From Rotaria socialis (lineage: Eukaryota), in contig CAJNYD010000012.1 in assembly GCA_905331295.1 (NCBI GenBank), positions 682,001-746,000 of the forward strand: a DNA stretch of 64,000 bases, written 5' to 3'. The notes beneath the pieces were generated by a model that saw only the letters and a program-made list of their open reading frames with translations, was not told the DNA's origin and did not search any database. Positions 25,681 to 39,234 of the stretch are shown in pieces. Every line of letters begins with the position of its first letter. Position 1 is the stretch's first letter. The position numbers and the translations under genes were made by a program.

Positions 25681-27019
25681 ATGCCTGTTCGAGAAATTTC
25701 GAACGATACTCTTAATGCTGAATTAACATCATCCGGCGATAAACTTGTCATGGTCGATTTTTTCGCCACTTGGTATGATTTATCTTAGTCTTTTTTTTTA
25801 AAATTTTTCATTCAATGTTTAGGTGTGGTCCATGCAAAAATATTGCTCCACATATTGATCAATTAAGCAATCAATATCCAAATGCTGTTTTTCTTAAAGC
25901 AGATGTTGAAAAATGCACCGTAAATATCCAATAAAATTCTATATATTTCTTTTTTTAAAATTCATCCTGAGCGTTGCTTTATTTTTATTTGAATAGAACG
26001 AAGCATTAAAATATTCAATAAAAGCCATGCCAACATTTGTCTTTTTTCAACATGGTAAAGAAGTTGCTCGTTTACAAGGTGCTAGTAAAGATCCTATCGA
26101 ACAAACCATTAAAAAATTTTACAAAGACACACCAACAAAAGATATTGGCTATGTAAGAGCTCGAATTTCATTTACTCTTTTTAATGATTCACTATTATTA
26201 TTATTATTATTATTATCTTTTTCCATGACATTTACAGATTGATCTAAAACCATTTATTGAAGAGAAAAGTTGTACGGCCTTAAATGAAATTGATAAATGG
26301 CAAAATGCACTACTCGATAATCAACCAGGAATGTTCAGATCAGATGAAGATGATCCTGAAGTAAAAATTCAACTAATAGAAACCGTTCATATAATTAATA
26401 TGTTATCTAGCTGATTCTTCATATTGCATTCAATCAAGTAGTAAAAATTCATTCAATTGCTATCGAAGCCCCAGAAGGTAACTCGTATGGCAATTTTCGT
26501 TTTTTTCAAAATGACTTAATTAATTTTTATATTCAGAGAATGGTCCAAAGACTGTGAAATTATTTATAAATCGGCACGCAATCGATTTTAATGATGCAAA
26601 AAGTAGTGAAGCTGTACAAACGCTTCAGTAAAATCAAAACTTGTCTTTTGTTTCTATTTGAACTCGATTTATTTATTTATTAGATTCGAAGCAAAACATC
26701 TTAAAGATGGATTACCAGTTGAATTAAGATTTGTTAAATTTCAAAGTGTTCAATCGATTGCAGTAAAAATTTTCATTTATTCTCGTAAATGTACAAAAAT
26801 TTTAATTTTAATTTTTAAATTAAGCTCTTCTTTGCAAACAATCAATCTGATTCAGATCAGACAGCTATTAAATCTGTTACTTTCTATGGAACACCAATTG
26901 TCACAACAAATATGAAAGATTTCAAGAAAGTCAGTCTAAAATATTTGTTAATTTTATTTAATTATCATTTAATATTTCTATAAATATAGGCGGAAGGTAT
27001 GCCAGTCGCTAATGCGTGA
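25681..27019 (+). CDS. TXNL1: Thioredoxin-like protein 1 (thioredoxin plus PITH domain)
   Basis: VDFFATW|CGPCK active site split by an intron, AMPTFVFF, then PITH motifs LILHIAFNQVVKIHSIAI, GPKTVKLFIN, VELRFVKFQSVQS, TNMKDFKK. Confidence 0.9.
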
Positions 27020-28587
27020 TAAAAATCAACAGATATCAATACAAATATTTTTCGTTTTCGATCTACACTTCATGTTTTATGTTCTGTCTTTTTCTGTTAT
27101 GGATAAGTTTAAAACAAGACAAAAAGTTGATCCAATATCGTTATTAAAAAATACATAATCTTAATCTTTAAAATATATTCTATTCACGATAATATCGAAG
27201 TCTATGACGGTTACAATAACATAGTAGAGTAATATTTCAGTAAATATAGAACAGAAATCTACTGACTCATTTCTTTTGTTTTGAAACAAAATAATATTTC
27301 GGTATCTAGACATTTGTACTGGCCATTGACAATTGTAAAATTGTTAGGATACAACTTACATCAAACGTTCTACTTCTATAAATTCGATCTGGTTTTACAT
27401 TTCAATACTACAATAGATCTACATCTTGAAGAATAAATAATCGAAAACAAATAAATGTCTGTAGACATTCTATTAAGAATCTACAATGTTTCGATGTATT
27501 TCAACCTGAACAGAAACGAGCTGTTAACTTACTTTATGAATGTTTGTATAATTTATGAAAATTTTGCGTCATTAATCCAATATTTGACACTTTCCAAAGG
27601 GTTTGAATCATTTCCGAACCTAGAATTGATTATCATCAAATTTGAACTCGACATTTTCATTTTGAACGCCGATCCAAAATTTAGAATTAGAAAGCACCAG
27701 ACTGAGTAGATGACTGCATGATAAGCATACATACTTCATCGAATAACAACTACAATGATGTATAGTTAAAAAGATAATCTTAACAATTTCAACACAAAAA
27801 GAAAAGCATAGTTTATGTATTCTAAAGAAAATGTCAGTCTTTTTCCGAAAGATAATAGATAAAGATTTAAATCTAGTTGGTATGTTTTCTGTGATTCCTA
27901 GCATAAACGACAGCTGTTTTTAAATGAACATTATGTTTTTATAATTCAACTATGTTTAGATTTACAATAATTGATTGTTTTAAATAAAATATACTTCACT
28001 AGCCGATGAGAAACATGGGAAATGTTTGCTCTTTGAATTGAAAAATACAAAAATAGTTTGATGCTTTCTTCAACTGATAATGATGAATAGAATGAGAATT
28101 CTTTTGTATTCATTTTCTTCTCTTACGAAATTTAACATTCTAAATATTAGATCGCGATTGAAAAATATGGATCTCTGTAGATTGTGTCAAAAAGATACTT
28201 TAATAATTCATTTGTAAATATTATTCATAATGACTAGAGAATAATTTGAATCAATTCAAGAATCATAGATGAAACATATTTTGTTGTAAAGACATATGCA
28301 AACTCTTTCACTTTTTTCTTTTCATCATGATTAGAATGTCGAAGAAATAATTATTTTAAGTAAATTGTAATCTTTTGTTTTTAATTCTAACTTTGATCCA
28401 AAAACTTTATGTCAAATCATTAGTAACAGATAATCATAGATGACGATATTCATTTAAATCTATTTTTATTTGATACAAATCATATAATAAACAAAGAAAA
28501 CCAATATCGTACACATTAAAGAAAGGACCAATGACGTGCTATATTTTTATTTATCTTGATTATATTTATATTTATATAAATGAAAAC

Positions 28588-28633
28588 ACTCACACACACG
28601 CACACACACGCACACACACGCACACACACACAC
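28588..28633. repeat. (CA)n/(CACACACACG)n microsatellite in the DMRT 3' UTR
   Basis: Directly visible tandem repeat. Confidence 0.9.
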
Positions 28634-28707
28634 AATATGCAAAGAAGAAAGAAAGGAAAAAGAAAAAATTGTTTATTCCAAAAAGAAAGAGAATACACCA
28701 TTAAATG

Positions 28708-29964
28708 TTAATGTGTCGATGATGATGACGATGATGATGATGATGATGATGGTGTAACAAGTTTACATGTACAAAATGGTAATAGACATCGATGATGAGA
28801 TTGATGTCTTGGTAAAGCTCCAAGTGGTGATGTTCGTGATAACATACTCATAGATGCTGATGATGGGATTGATGGTGGAGTTGTATGATGAAAATAAAGT
28901 GGATGAGGTGGAGGATACGGTGCAGCAAAAAGACGACTTTGATGATGATGATGATGATTCAAATAATTTGATGCCATAATTGGACTAAATGCTGACTTAG
29001 TTGCTTCGGAGTAGACACTTGCAATAACACGTTTAACAGCTTCGGACATTTCATGTTCATTGGATGGAAGAGGGAAAAGTTGGTGTACTGGTTGATTTGT
29101 AACTGCTTCTTTCATTCTTGGCGATGATGAAGGTGAAATAGGCGATATTGGATGATCAGAAACTATTTCATCTGTTGATCGAACAGCAGGAGGTGAAGTG
29201 GATGCCAACTTTTTTGAACGATTATCAGGTGGTGTTGATGATATATGAGGACTTTTGCTATTTGTATCTTCATCATCGGCATCTTTATCATTCATTTCAT
29301 TATAAATTGGAGTTTTTTCAACAGTAACAACTTAAAATAAAGAAACTATTTTAATTGAATTATCCGGGTTTTTTTTTGTTATTATTTACCATCATTTGAA
29401 TTTTCTTCATCATTACTTGTATCACCTTCTTCACCATCCAATACAGTTGATGTTGTTGCTAAACCTTCAGCAGTTGCATTAAGTGTTCGTCTTAATGCTA
29501 AAATTGTTTCTGGTGGTGTACCGTAAATAGCACTTAATTCTCGCGCATCATTTTCTTCTTGGGCTTGTTGCCGTCGCAAAGCAACCTATAGAGAATAATA
29601 ATAACAATAATTATAATAATAAATTATTATTTGATTCACTTACCTGTGCAGCCATAACACGTTGTCGTTCTGCAATAAGTGTACATTTAGCACAAACGCA
29701 ATCCTTCCAATTGCAATAACGTTTATGACCTTTTAATGCTGACACAACACCATGATTTCTACATCGTGCACATTTTGGTGTACGTTGATAACGTTCAGTA
29801 GCACGTAATAGAAGAGCATGCGGTAAATAACGTGGAAAAGCAGAAGAGGCAATTGATGATGACGATGATGACGATGATGATTGTTGATGTTTATTATTGG
29901 TATTCATGTTTGCAGCTTTATTCATTTTTTTTGTATTATTACGAGATGATGGGCTTGTACTCAT
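28708..29964 (-). CDS. dmrt99B: DM-domain transcription factor, Dmrt99B/DMRT4-5 (DMRTA) type, 3 exons
   Basis: [66 protein letters not shown], with a downstream SAFSP motif. Confidence 0.92.
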
Positions 29965-30475
29965 AGTCAGTTGATGTGTCTTATACGTACGTAGTGTCGA
30001 TATATCACTGATCAAAATTGTGATTAATATATCATTGTAGACACAATCGATGAGAGAAAAGGAGAAAATGAGAAAGAGAAGAAAAGAAGAGAAGAGAAGA
30101 AATTAACGAATCAAAATAAAGCTATCGAGCAATCGGACAGATCGTTGATTGGTGCCAAACGATCGTTTCTCTTTTTTTTTCTGTATTCTCTTATAATGAT
30201 ATCAACATTACTTGCCAATAAAAAAACACAATGACGGTCTCCCCAACAACTACGTGTATGTATAATAACAACAATACCCATACATACAAAGATCGATTAC
30301 GTACAGATTGATGAAATACCATCAACAAACTTACTAAGAAATAAGAGAATACAGACTATGCACACACTCTAATATACGAACCACTAATACTACTGCTTTT
30401 TTTTTCTTGCAGTTTAGGCAACGTATCAATTTTCGCTCTATACAACAACGTTTCACCTTTTTTCTTTTTGTTGAT

Positions 30476-30476
<1 letters not shown>

Positions 30477-30518
<42 letters not shown>
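30477..30518. repeat. (TACA)n-(TA)n microsatellite
   Basis: Directly visible tandem repeat. Confidence 0.9.
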
Positions 30519-32199
30519 CTCGATTATATAGGCGTGAAAAATGATTGACTTTGAAACTAACAAAAAAAAAAAGTTATGCGAATAATATTTGATACGATAT
30601 CAAATAAATGCGATATGATTTATGAAATCATTTTATATATTAAATCTGCCCGGCAGACATCCGGAAATAATTTGGGGTCGATGATTTTCTTCTTTTTTAT
30701 TATTATGACAAGTGGATTAAGATAAGATCACTTTTTTTCGATATGCTTTTCTTTTCTTCAAAGATAAATATAAATTAATTTGTCTTTCTTCGTATTAACA
30801 AAAAGAAAAAAAAATCATCAATGAGAAGATTACTGCACTCATAAAGTTGACAACATGTCGGAAAAAGCTTGTTGTAGTCAAACTAATATAGATATGTAAG
30901 GAGGCGTACACACCGGAAATCATTACTAATGCAAGAACATCCAACCATTAATGGACACAAGAAAATAATATACAAAGACCAACAAATGGTTGCTATTTTC
31001 TATCATGCACAGTGGTTGGTATTTATATAGATTTATTAGAGAATAATGGAATAAACAAGCAGAGAAAAAAAATGTTCCTGTGAGCTAATCATATTGATTG
31101 TTATGTTTGTCGAAAATCATTATTTGTTGTTGTAGACTAATGTATGAAAGTGCATAGCTACAAGTGTCCATCACAAATGAAAATATCAAAATCCAACTGA
31201 GAAAAAAAATAAGAACAAAGTCAAAATTAAAGAAAGAAGAATTTTGATCCTTGGATCAATGAAATGTAAATAATGTAACAAAAGAAAGGTGTATCTAATT
31301 GGCTTGAATGGCAGATGGTTTGTTTCTGTGCGCTCTTTCGTTTGATTTCGTCAGATAAAACAAAATACATAGTTCTTTAGTTGCCTTCTTAATGACGACA
31401 TTTCTTCTTTTCACATATATACTCATTCTTTGTATATAAGATCAATATGATATGGTGACCAAGAGGAATTTTAAGCCATCATGTATAATATAGTAGTCGT
31501 AGTTTTAGTCGGCGACAACGTTTGAAAGTAATTTGAGATTGGTCAAACTCTCTTCAGGAATTAACTTTGATAAGTCACAAAGAATAAAACGACAACAATA
31601 CAACGAATTGAACTGCAAAGTGAACGAATGGATATATTGATCTTTAATTTTTTGTGTACATGTCACACAAATCATACACCTACACAAATAGAATCAGAGA
31701 GCAACACGAGAGGTCATAGAGATGCCGCTGTGTTCTTTGTACACTTGACGTTTTTCTGTTGTGTTTCTTATTCATACTAATTAATTATTTGATGTAATAC
31801 ATTGCAAAAAAGAGCATCCTAAGTGGATAATGATGTAAGCACGCGGCATGACTAAATCATACTTGAGTATATACATATATGTATGTTATAGAATAGATTT
31901 AAGGTGACTATTCAAATAGAGTAATCGTCATTTTAGAAATTTTCTTTGTACAAAGTTATGTTTTTTTCGTTCGTAATTTTTACGATTGTATGAAATCTAT
32001 CTTTTTGTGTTGAAACTATGTTAAATATTTGTTGAAATGAATTTACCTGTATGAGAGAGAGCACATCCTATTCTATTCCGTGATTTTGTTTTATTTGAAT
32101 AGTATCATATATAGTAAGGGGCACTGTTTCTTTATATTTATATTTACACGATAGCATACTAATTTTCTTCATGAACGTCACTCAATTTACTCTTCGATG

Positions 32200-33340
32200 A
32201 TTTTATGTTTCATTCGATACATGACTTGATGAAATCAAGAATTCTAAATCTGTAGCCTTTTTCCTTCTTCTGTTGATTGGTATTGAAGAGATTTATTTTC
32301 ATCCATGATCGATTTAAATAGTAATCAAATCAAATAAATGAATTTCTATCCAATCGAATTCTAAAAACTATAGTAGCGATATTTTTTCACGAATTTCATC
32401 ATAATATTGATATTTTAATGTATTTAATGCTGTCAGACGTTGATTAGGCGAATATTGTAGTAGGCGTAAACGAAATTGAACATAATCAATATCAGATTTA
32501 GTTCTACACGTTAAATGTTCAATCATTTTTGCTGATTGATCTATGAGAGATATTTTACGTTGAATTTGTTGATAGATAATTTGATCAGACTTTGATTTTA
32601 TATTACGTACTTCATCTATATTTGGTTCAACCAAGAGAAGAATAAGTCGAAAAAGTTGATCATTTGAATCGGTACCTACAATGTATCAATCAAAAATAGA
32701 CAAACAAGAAAATTCATACTATATAGTTCATTCAGTCGAGAATTTTGAATCATAAACTTAATTCTAGTATAAAATATCCAAGCAATCACATTCGTGCATA
32801 AATTATTTCATAAATAACAACAGTTAAGAATAAAAGAATCAAACGCAAGTACAAAATAAGCAAATCAAAATAAAACTGCTAATATAGATACTTTTTATTC
32901 TAATTCTTATGAGAATATTCAACTACCTTTAAATAACGATATACCAGAACAAAACTCTGTAAGAACACATGTAGTTGCCCATGTATCAATACTAGTTGTA
33001 TATAATATACAACCAACAATTCATTCGGGTGCTCGATAATAACGTGAACAAATATATGCAATACTAATGGCATTATAAACAATAGACATTTAGCTGTATC
33101 AAAATCACATAGTTTAACTACACCTTTTTGATAATTTACTAAAAGATTACTTGGTTTTATATCTCAGTGTGCAACATCACGAGCATGTAAATAAACAAGA
33201 GCACGAGATATCTGAAATGTAAATAATTTGATTTGATAAAAATCAATTAATGATTGTTTTAGTCTATTATGCCACCGTTGAATTAACGAATGAACAGTCT
33301 CAGGATATAATTTCATGATTAAAAATAATTTATTATAATT
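32200..33340 (-). pseudogene. GSK3-like (CMGC) kinase pseudogene
   Basis: RALVYLHARDVAH*DIKPSNLLV...VKLCDFDTAK, then a frameshift, then AYICSRYYRAPE*IVG..YTTSIDTWA. A later exon gives RLLQYSPNQRLTAL...YYDEIRE. The N-lobe is not recognisable. Confidence 0.85.
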
Positions 33341-33765
33341 TATTTCTTATTTAAAAAAAATAATAGCTACTTTAATTTAACTATATTTTTATGATTTAAT
33401 TCACGTACAATTTCGAGTTCATGTTTTTGACGTGTACGATCAACAATTACATCTTTAATTGTCACCGTTTCTTTTGTATTTTCTATAAATGATTTGTAGA
33501 CTATAGCAAATGTACCTTTATCAATGCGCGCATATACGTATGTATCGGTTATTATTTTTAAAATAAAAATTCAGTTGAGTAGTTTAGTCATAATTGAAAA
33601 ATGTTAGAGGGCGCCAGTAAACATTTGATAGTTTATCGTTTATTTAACATTCTGGAGGTTGAAACCAACGAGAACCTAAGCAACCTATTAAATTATGTCT
33701 GTTAGGAACTATTATCCATTAATATTTATTGATTGTTCTTTCATTCTCTTAATTTAAATCCTAAG

Positions 33766-36700
33766 ATGTCTAGTACTTCTTTAGTTGATTACTATAATTC
33801 TCGTGTTAATTTTGATAAGCTCAATCCTTTAATACGTTCGGCATATAATACAACATCAGATTTCGAAGAATATAAACAGAAACTGCTTGCCAAAGTTGAA
33901 TATAATAAGCAAGATGGTAATTTATCATTTCTTGATTCAATTGAAGACGTTCGCCGTGAACAACATGCTCGATTAGAACAAGTTGAATATGATTATTATA
34001 ATGAAAGTAAAAAAGCAACTTCCTTTGATGTACCTTACTATGCTGAAGTAACACAAAATACACAAGAAATAATGGTTACGTCAAAGCCACCTATACCAAC
34101 TGCATCAAGACGATCACCATCGCCAGTATTTGTAACAGAAGAACAAATTCAACATCATATGTATGATCGTCCAGTAACAGCTAATATAGTACGACGACAT
34201 AATGATGATACAACATTTTGTCCACATCGCACTTGTACTATTGATACAAATGTTCTCGATGATACAACAACTAGTGATGTTCAAAATCATATACAAAGCA
34301 TGTGGGATGAATTCGAAATAGATGATTATATAGAAAAAAGAAAGTAAGATAAAACAAAAAAAAGATTGAAATAAAAGAGCATTTTATGATTTACTTTTGT
34401 TTTATGCATAGAACTCGTCGCGTTCCAAGTGCACCAGCAACAACGAGTTGGGCAGGGCGTGTGACAGTACCAGAACCATTCTCTTTAACAAATAGTGTAA
34501 CCATGGATAATGTACATAGAAGAAAATGTAAACATGAAATAGAAGCAGCAAAAATACAAAAAGAAGTGGAAGATGAACTTATGCTGAATCGATCTTTCAA
34601 AGGTAAATACTATGATTCTTTGCTTTAAAATAAGACAATTATCAAAAGATTGAAGTAGTTCTTAATTTTTAATTCAATTGCTATTTTGTAATACAGATGT
34701 ATACACGCTGTATATTGACAACAGAATTCGTCTTTTCAATGATTAAATTGCAAATCTTTTTTGAATCTATCATACTCAAACGCTAAAGTTTCGAATTATT
34801 CATCGAATTCTATCAACAGTTAGCCTGTGATATTATTTTATATTCATTATGATTGAATACTATATTAGAAGAAAACAAAAAACTGTGTTATTTAAAATTT
34901 GAAATAAAAATAGATATACGTCTTAGTCAAGGTAAAAGTTGATGAAATACATAGATAATATGCAAATCATTATTTTAATAGACTCTGTTCGTTTTTAATC
35001 AACATACAAAGAAATAATTGATAGGAAAACAGAAATTTGGTCATTGATTTTTTCTTTGAATAGTGATGTTTCATTTTTTCATCTTAAATTTGTCTAAACG
35101 ACATGATTACATATAATATCTTATTCACATTCTGCATTATGTTATCCGAGATTAAACAGATTAAAATATGATAAAAACCTTCTCATGTATAATAATGCTA
35201 ATAGTTCCATGAAGTACTTCCGTCTATAAAAACACTCTATATCGATTTAAATATATACTGTATTGGTACCTTGATTAATATTGTCTTCTCCCAAAATATA
35301 CATTACTTGTGACTGAGATCACAAAATATTTGACTCATTGAGTAAATAGATAGTGAGAAAGACGTAGAGTGATGATGCTAGTGAATTTTATTATAGATTG
35401 GACATAATAATAACATTCTTCTAAGGAATAATTGTGTAAAAAAATTACTAAAAGAATTTTATGATTAAAACTGCGTTGATTTGGGTAATAAAAATAAGCG
35501 CATTGATATTCATCATATGTCAACAGAAATATGTGTAACTAATAATAAGATTAATATGTCTAAATCATTAAAAGTAAAAAAAGGAGATATTCTTTGATAA
35601 AGTTTCTATTGTTGACATGAAACAATCTCCACGGGAGAGAGAGAGAGAGAGAGAGAGAGAGTAGCAGCTGTATCTTATTGTTTTCATATTGTCTTAAGAG
35701 TTTGAACATGACGTAAAATTATTGAATTCAAAACTTATTGTCTTTAGCGAATCCTGTTCCTGCTCATGTGCGTATGCCACTATATGAACAATTACAAGAA
35801 GAACAACGTGTTCGTCGTGAACAAGTTCATCAAATGACAAAAGACTATTTAAATTCCATTTCAAAACCATTCGGATTTAATTCACGTGAAACAGCTAAAA
35901 CAATAGTACGAAGACATTCATATTCTGATGTAGATACTGCTCGGCGTGAACCCCTATTCAAAGCAAAGCCATTACCCGATTTTTATTATCGAACAAGGAA
36001 AGATATTGAAAAGTATTATTTGAGTGAAATTTTCAACTAAATTTCGCTTCTATTTTGTTTTTAGTATGAAAGAAAAATCTCTTTATCGTTCAATAAAAAA
36101 AGAAATGCGAGCCAAAGAATTACTTCGTCAATCACGACTTCCATCAAATATGCAAGAACGTGAACAACAAGCAAGACGCGCACAACGTTCAATGAGTGCA
36201 AATGATTTAGCACGTATGGGTCTTGAGGAATATACATTTAAACCAAAAACCAATGGTTATTATATACCAAATTATGATAAACTTCATTCACAATTTTTAC
36301 GTCAATCAGAAGAAGCAAAACGTACAAGACCAACAACAAAATGTAAACCATTTTTATTATACACAAATTTAATTCAAACAAGGAAAGATAAGGTTCTTGA
36401 TGATATTCGAAGTGGTGAACAAATGCGTCATTTACAAACATTTCAAATAAAAGGAAAGCAGCTTCCAACAAAATCAGCTTCTGGCATGAGTTTATCAGCC
36501 AGTCTTCAAAAGCCTGAAGCAATACCAACAAAAAAAACTGAAGTACAACGTGAACGTGAAGCTATGGGAAAGAAAAAAAGACATGAACACGAAATAAAAA
36601 ATAAGTTTGAAAAAAATTTTCAAAGATCACGATCAGCCAAAGAAAGAAGATTAAGAGAAAATATTCGTGAACAAGCAAAATTACAAGATAAATCAACAAT

Positions 36701-37045
36701 ATACAAAGCAAAAAAGGAAGAAAATGTAAATATAAAATTGGCATTTTAAAACCTCCACCAGATTCTATGTTTTTGTTTTGTTTTTCAAAGAATCGAAAAG
36801 TTCGTCAATCTATGCGTCAGATTGAAGATGAATACGCCAGAACACTAGATGTAATCAATGGTCGTGTTGAACGACGTCCATTATTACTTGAACAAGATCA
36901 ACGTGATAAAGCTGTACGAGATTTAGAAAGAAACATTCAACATGCAATGAGTATAGCAAAAATAAGTGAAAAAGATTTAATGAGACAAAAATTTAATCCG
37001 CCTAACGTTAAAGTAACAGCAACACGTACTAATTATTCATCATAA
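33766..37045 (+). CDS. FAM161A: FAM161 (UPF0564) centriolar/ciliary microtubule-binding protein, 5 exons
   Basis: RVTVPEPFSLT, RSFK|ANPVPAHVRMPLYEQL, SKPFGF, FKAKPLP, ELLRQSRLP, YTFKPKTN..IPNYDKL, TKCKPFLL, RPLLLEQ. Confidence 0.85.
35635..35661. repeat. (GA)n microsatellite in a FAM161 intron
   Basis: Directly visible tandem repeat. Confidence 0.9.
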
Positions 37046-38185
37046 ACATATAATAAACTTGTGTTTTTTTTCTTTTAATTACTTGTGAATTTTTGCACGA
37101 AATAAGTGAAAATGAAAATGAAATATGGATAAAACTTTTAGTTTAGTTTATTATGTGTTCATAGTTAATTATAATTATTTATATTATTATTTTCAAAAGA
37201 AACGAAAATATCACGTAGTGTTGATAGATAATCAAACTGAGCATACGAATCTAATATTACGGCTAAAGAATAATTTTATTCAATCGTTTACATCCAAAAT
37301 GAAATGAATAAAACAAAAGAAAATCCATATTAATATTGTCGTAGTGCCACCAGAAGGATACGATATGTTTCTATGCTCTTGAACTGTAGTTTATATCGTT
37401 GAATATTCTCAATTGTATGTATGACAGGCTTTGAACTCTCAAAAAGAATTATATTATGAAGATTAGTAGTACTAATAAATATATTATCAATAGATAATAT
37501 TCAATAGAATCTTAGATTTCTCACGCTTCCATATGTATAGCAAACTAATACAATAATTACATAGGTGTACAGAAAAATTTTAAAAATAGCGAATCATAAC
37601 AAATATGATAGAAAACGCAGTAAACTTATGTAGCATGAGTTAAATTGAAAGTTAATTGGGATAACTTTTAGACTGATTGTCGAAAGTATTTAGTGAAATT
37701 TATGATGTCTCTAAGTTACAGATATCATATTATAATTTGATAAGTAATTTTAATTTTAACATTTAGTGTCATAAGAATATATATATTATTATTGTTCATC
37801 TATCAGTTTTCTCTTTACTTTTGAATAAGATTTTATCATCGAATTAGTATATTGATTTGTAACAATTGTAAAATTTACAATATAGTGTTTGTATTGGCAA
37901 TACTTATGAGCTGTACGATGATCAGATTCTTCGTATTCCGTCCGCTCTTTTCTAAATGAAGTGAACAGTCATTTACTGTAGTCGTTGTTTTTCTTTTTCT
38001 CTCCAGAAAGGGCAGATCGTTGAACTTAGCTCGTTCTGTTCTATCTACATGCTTCAAGAGTGCAGGCAGCTACTTTTTTCTTTTTTCCTCCTATTCTAAC
38101 CAAAAAAAAAAGAAAACTTAGATTATTGCTGATGCTAGCATTAGTTTCTTTATGTCTGACTGTACTCTTTTAACCAATGATAGAA

Positions 38186-38230
38186 ATGAGTAACCATCGT
38201 CATCATCATTCAGAATACTTTCATACATGA
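38186..38230 (+). promoter_or_regulatory. 14-codon uORF (MSNHRHHHSEYFHT*) whose stop overlaps the SLC35A4 start (AUGA)
   Basis: ATG at 38186 and TGA at 38228-38230. The main ATG is at 38227-38229. Confidence 0.5.
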
Positions 38231-39234
38231 CGGATAATTTGTTAAATATAAAACAACGAACTAAAATTAGTTTAAATTCAATGTTATTTTGTGTGATGAT
38301 AGTTTTTCAAACAATTGCATATGGTTCTTATTCAATATTAGTTCATTTATGTGAAAAAGATGGCATGATTACGTTTTCTTCAGCAACAATGAATTTTTTC
38401 ATTGAATTTATAAAATTATTATTTTCTTGTAATGCTTTTATTTGTTCGAAACGACTTCATTTAAATAGAATTCAAATTTTTTCATGGTTCAAACAATCAA
38501 TGTTATATTCAATACCAGCTTTTCTTTATTTTTTAAATAATAATTTAGCTGTGCATATACAAATTCATATGGATCCAACATCATATCAAATTTTATCAAA
38601 TTTTAAAATATTTACAACCGCTATTCTCTATCGTTTAATTATGAAAAAACACTTAACAAAACAACAATGGTTTGCATTAATATTACTTTTTTTTGGTGGT
38701 CTCACTTATAGTTTAGGGACATTTAAGAATTCTCCCTTGATTCCAATGACTATTACAAATTCAACTGTAGAAATACAAGAAATGTATATACGTCCATTAG
38801 GTATTTCAATGATAGCTATCTATTGCACATTAAGTGGTTTTGCTGGTGTTTATAATGAATGGATTTTAAAGAGAAATTATAGTGAATCACTTCATCTACA
38901 AAATATTTTTCTTTATTCTTATGGTACTTTTTTAAATTTAATACCAGCTATTAGTATCGTAATAGCAAATTCAAAAACTGTTAAAGATGTAAATCTATTT
39001 CAAGGTTTTACAGTTTATACATGGTTACTTGTACTTACACAAGTATTAAATGGTTTAATTATGTCTATAATAATGAAATATTTTTCAAACATAATTCGAT
39101 TATTTATTATATCATTTTCTTTAGTAATAGCTACTTTTCTGTCTTTTTTTATATTTCATATTCATTTTAATACTTACTTTTTCATTTCTATGGTCACAAT
39201 GGTCTGTGCATTGTCACTTTATTATACGAATTGA
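38227..39234 (+). CDS. SLC35A4: Nucleotide-sugar transporter, SLC35A4-like, single coding exon
   Basis: 335 aa multi-TM ORF with IPAFLYFLNNNL..HMDPTSYQILSNFKIFTTAILY and SGFAGVYNEWILK...LHLQNIFLYSYG. Confidence 0.9.
   Translation: MTDNLLNIKQRTKISLNSMLFCVMIVFQTIAYGSYSILVHLCEKDGMITFSSATMNFFIEFIKLLFSCNAFICSKRLHLNRIQIFSWFKQSMLYSIPAFLYFLNNNLAVHIQIHMDPTSYQILSNFKIFTTAILYRLIMKKHLTKQQWFALILLFFGGLTYSLGTFKNSPLIPMTITNSTVEIQEMYIRPLGISMIAIYCTLSGFAGVYNEWILKRNYSESLHLQNIFLYSYGTFLNLIPAISIVIANSKTVKDVNLFQGFTVYTWLLVLTQVLNGLIMSIIMKYFSNIIRLFIISFSLVIATFLSFFIFHIHFNTYFFISMVTMVCALSLYYTN

Noticed and set aside
33671..33684. Possible RFX X-box upstream of ciliary FAM161 (AGAACCTAAGCAAC)
   Set aside because: Only one half-site matches well, which is too weak without conservation data.
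37330..37620. Short minus-strand coding-like stretch between FAM161 and SLC35A4
   Set aside because: No start or consistent splice structure and no recognisable motif.
37900..38185. Homologue of the human SLC35A4 uORF microprotein
   Set aside because: The frames I read upstream showed no resemblance. Only the 14-codon uORF is supported.
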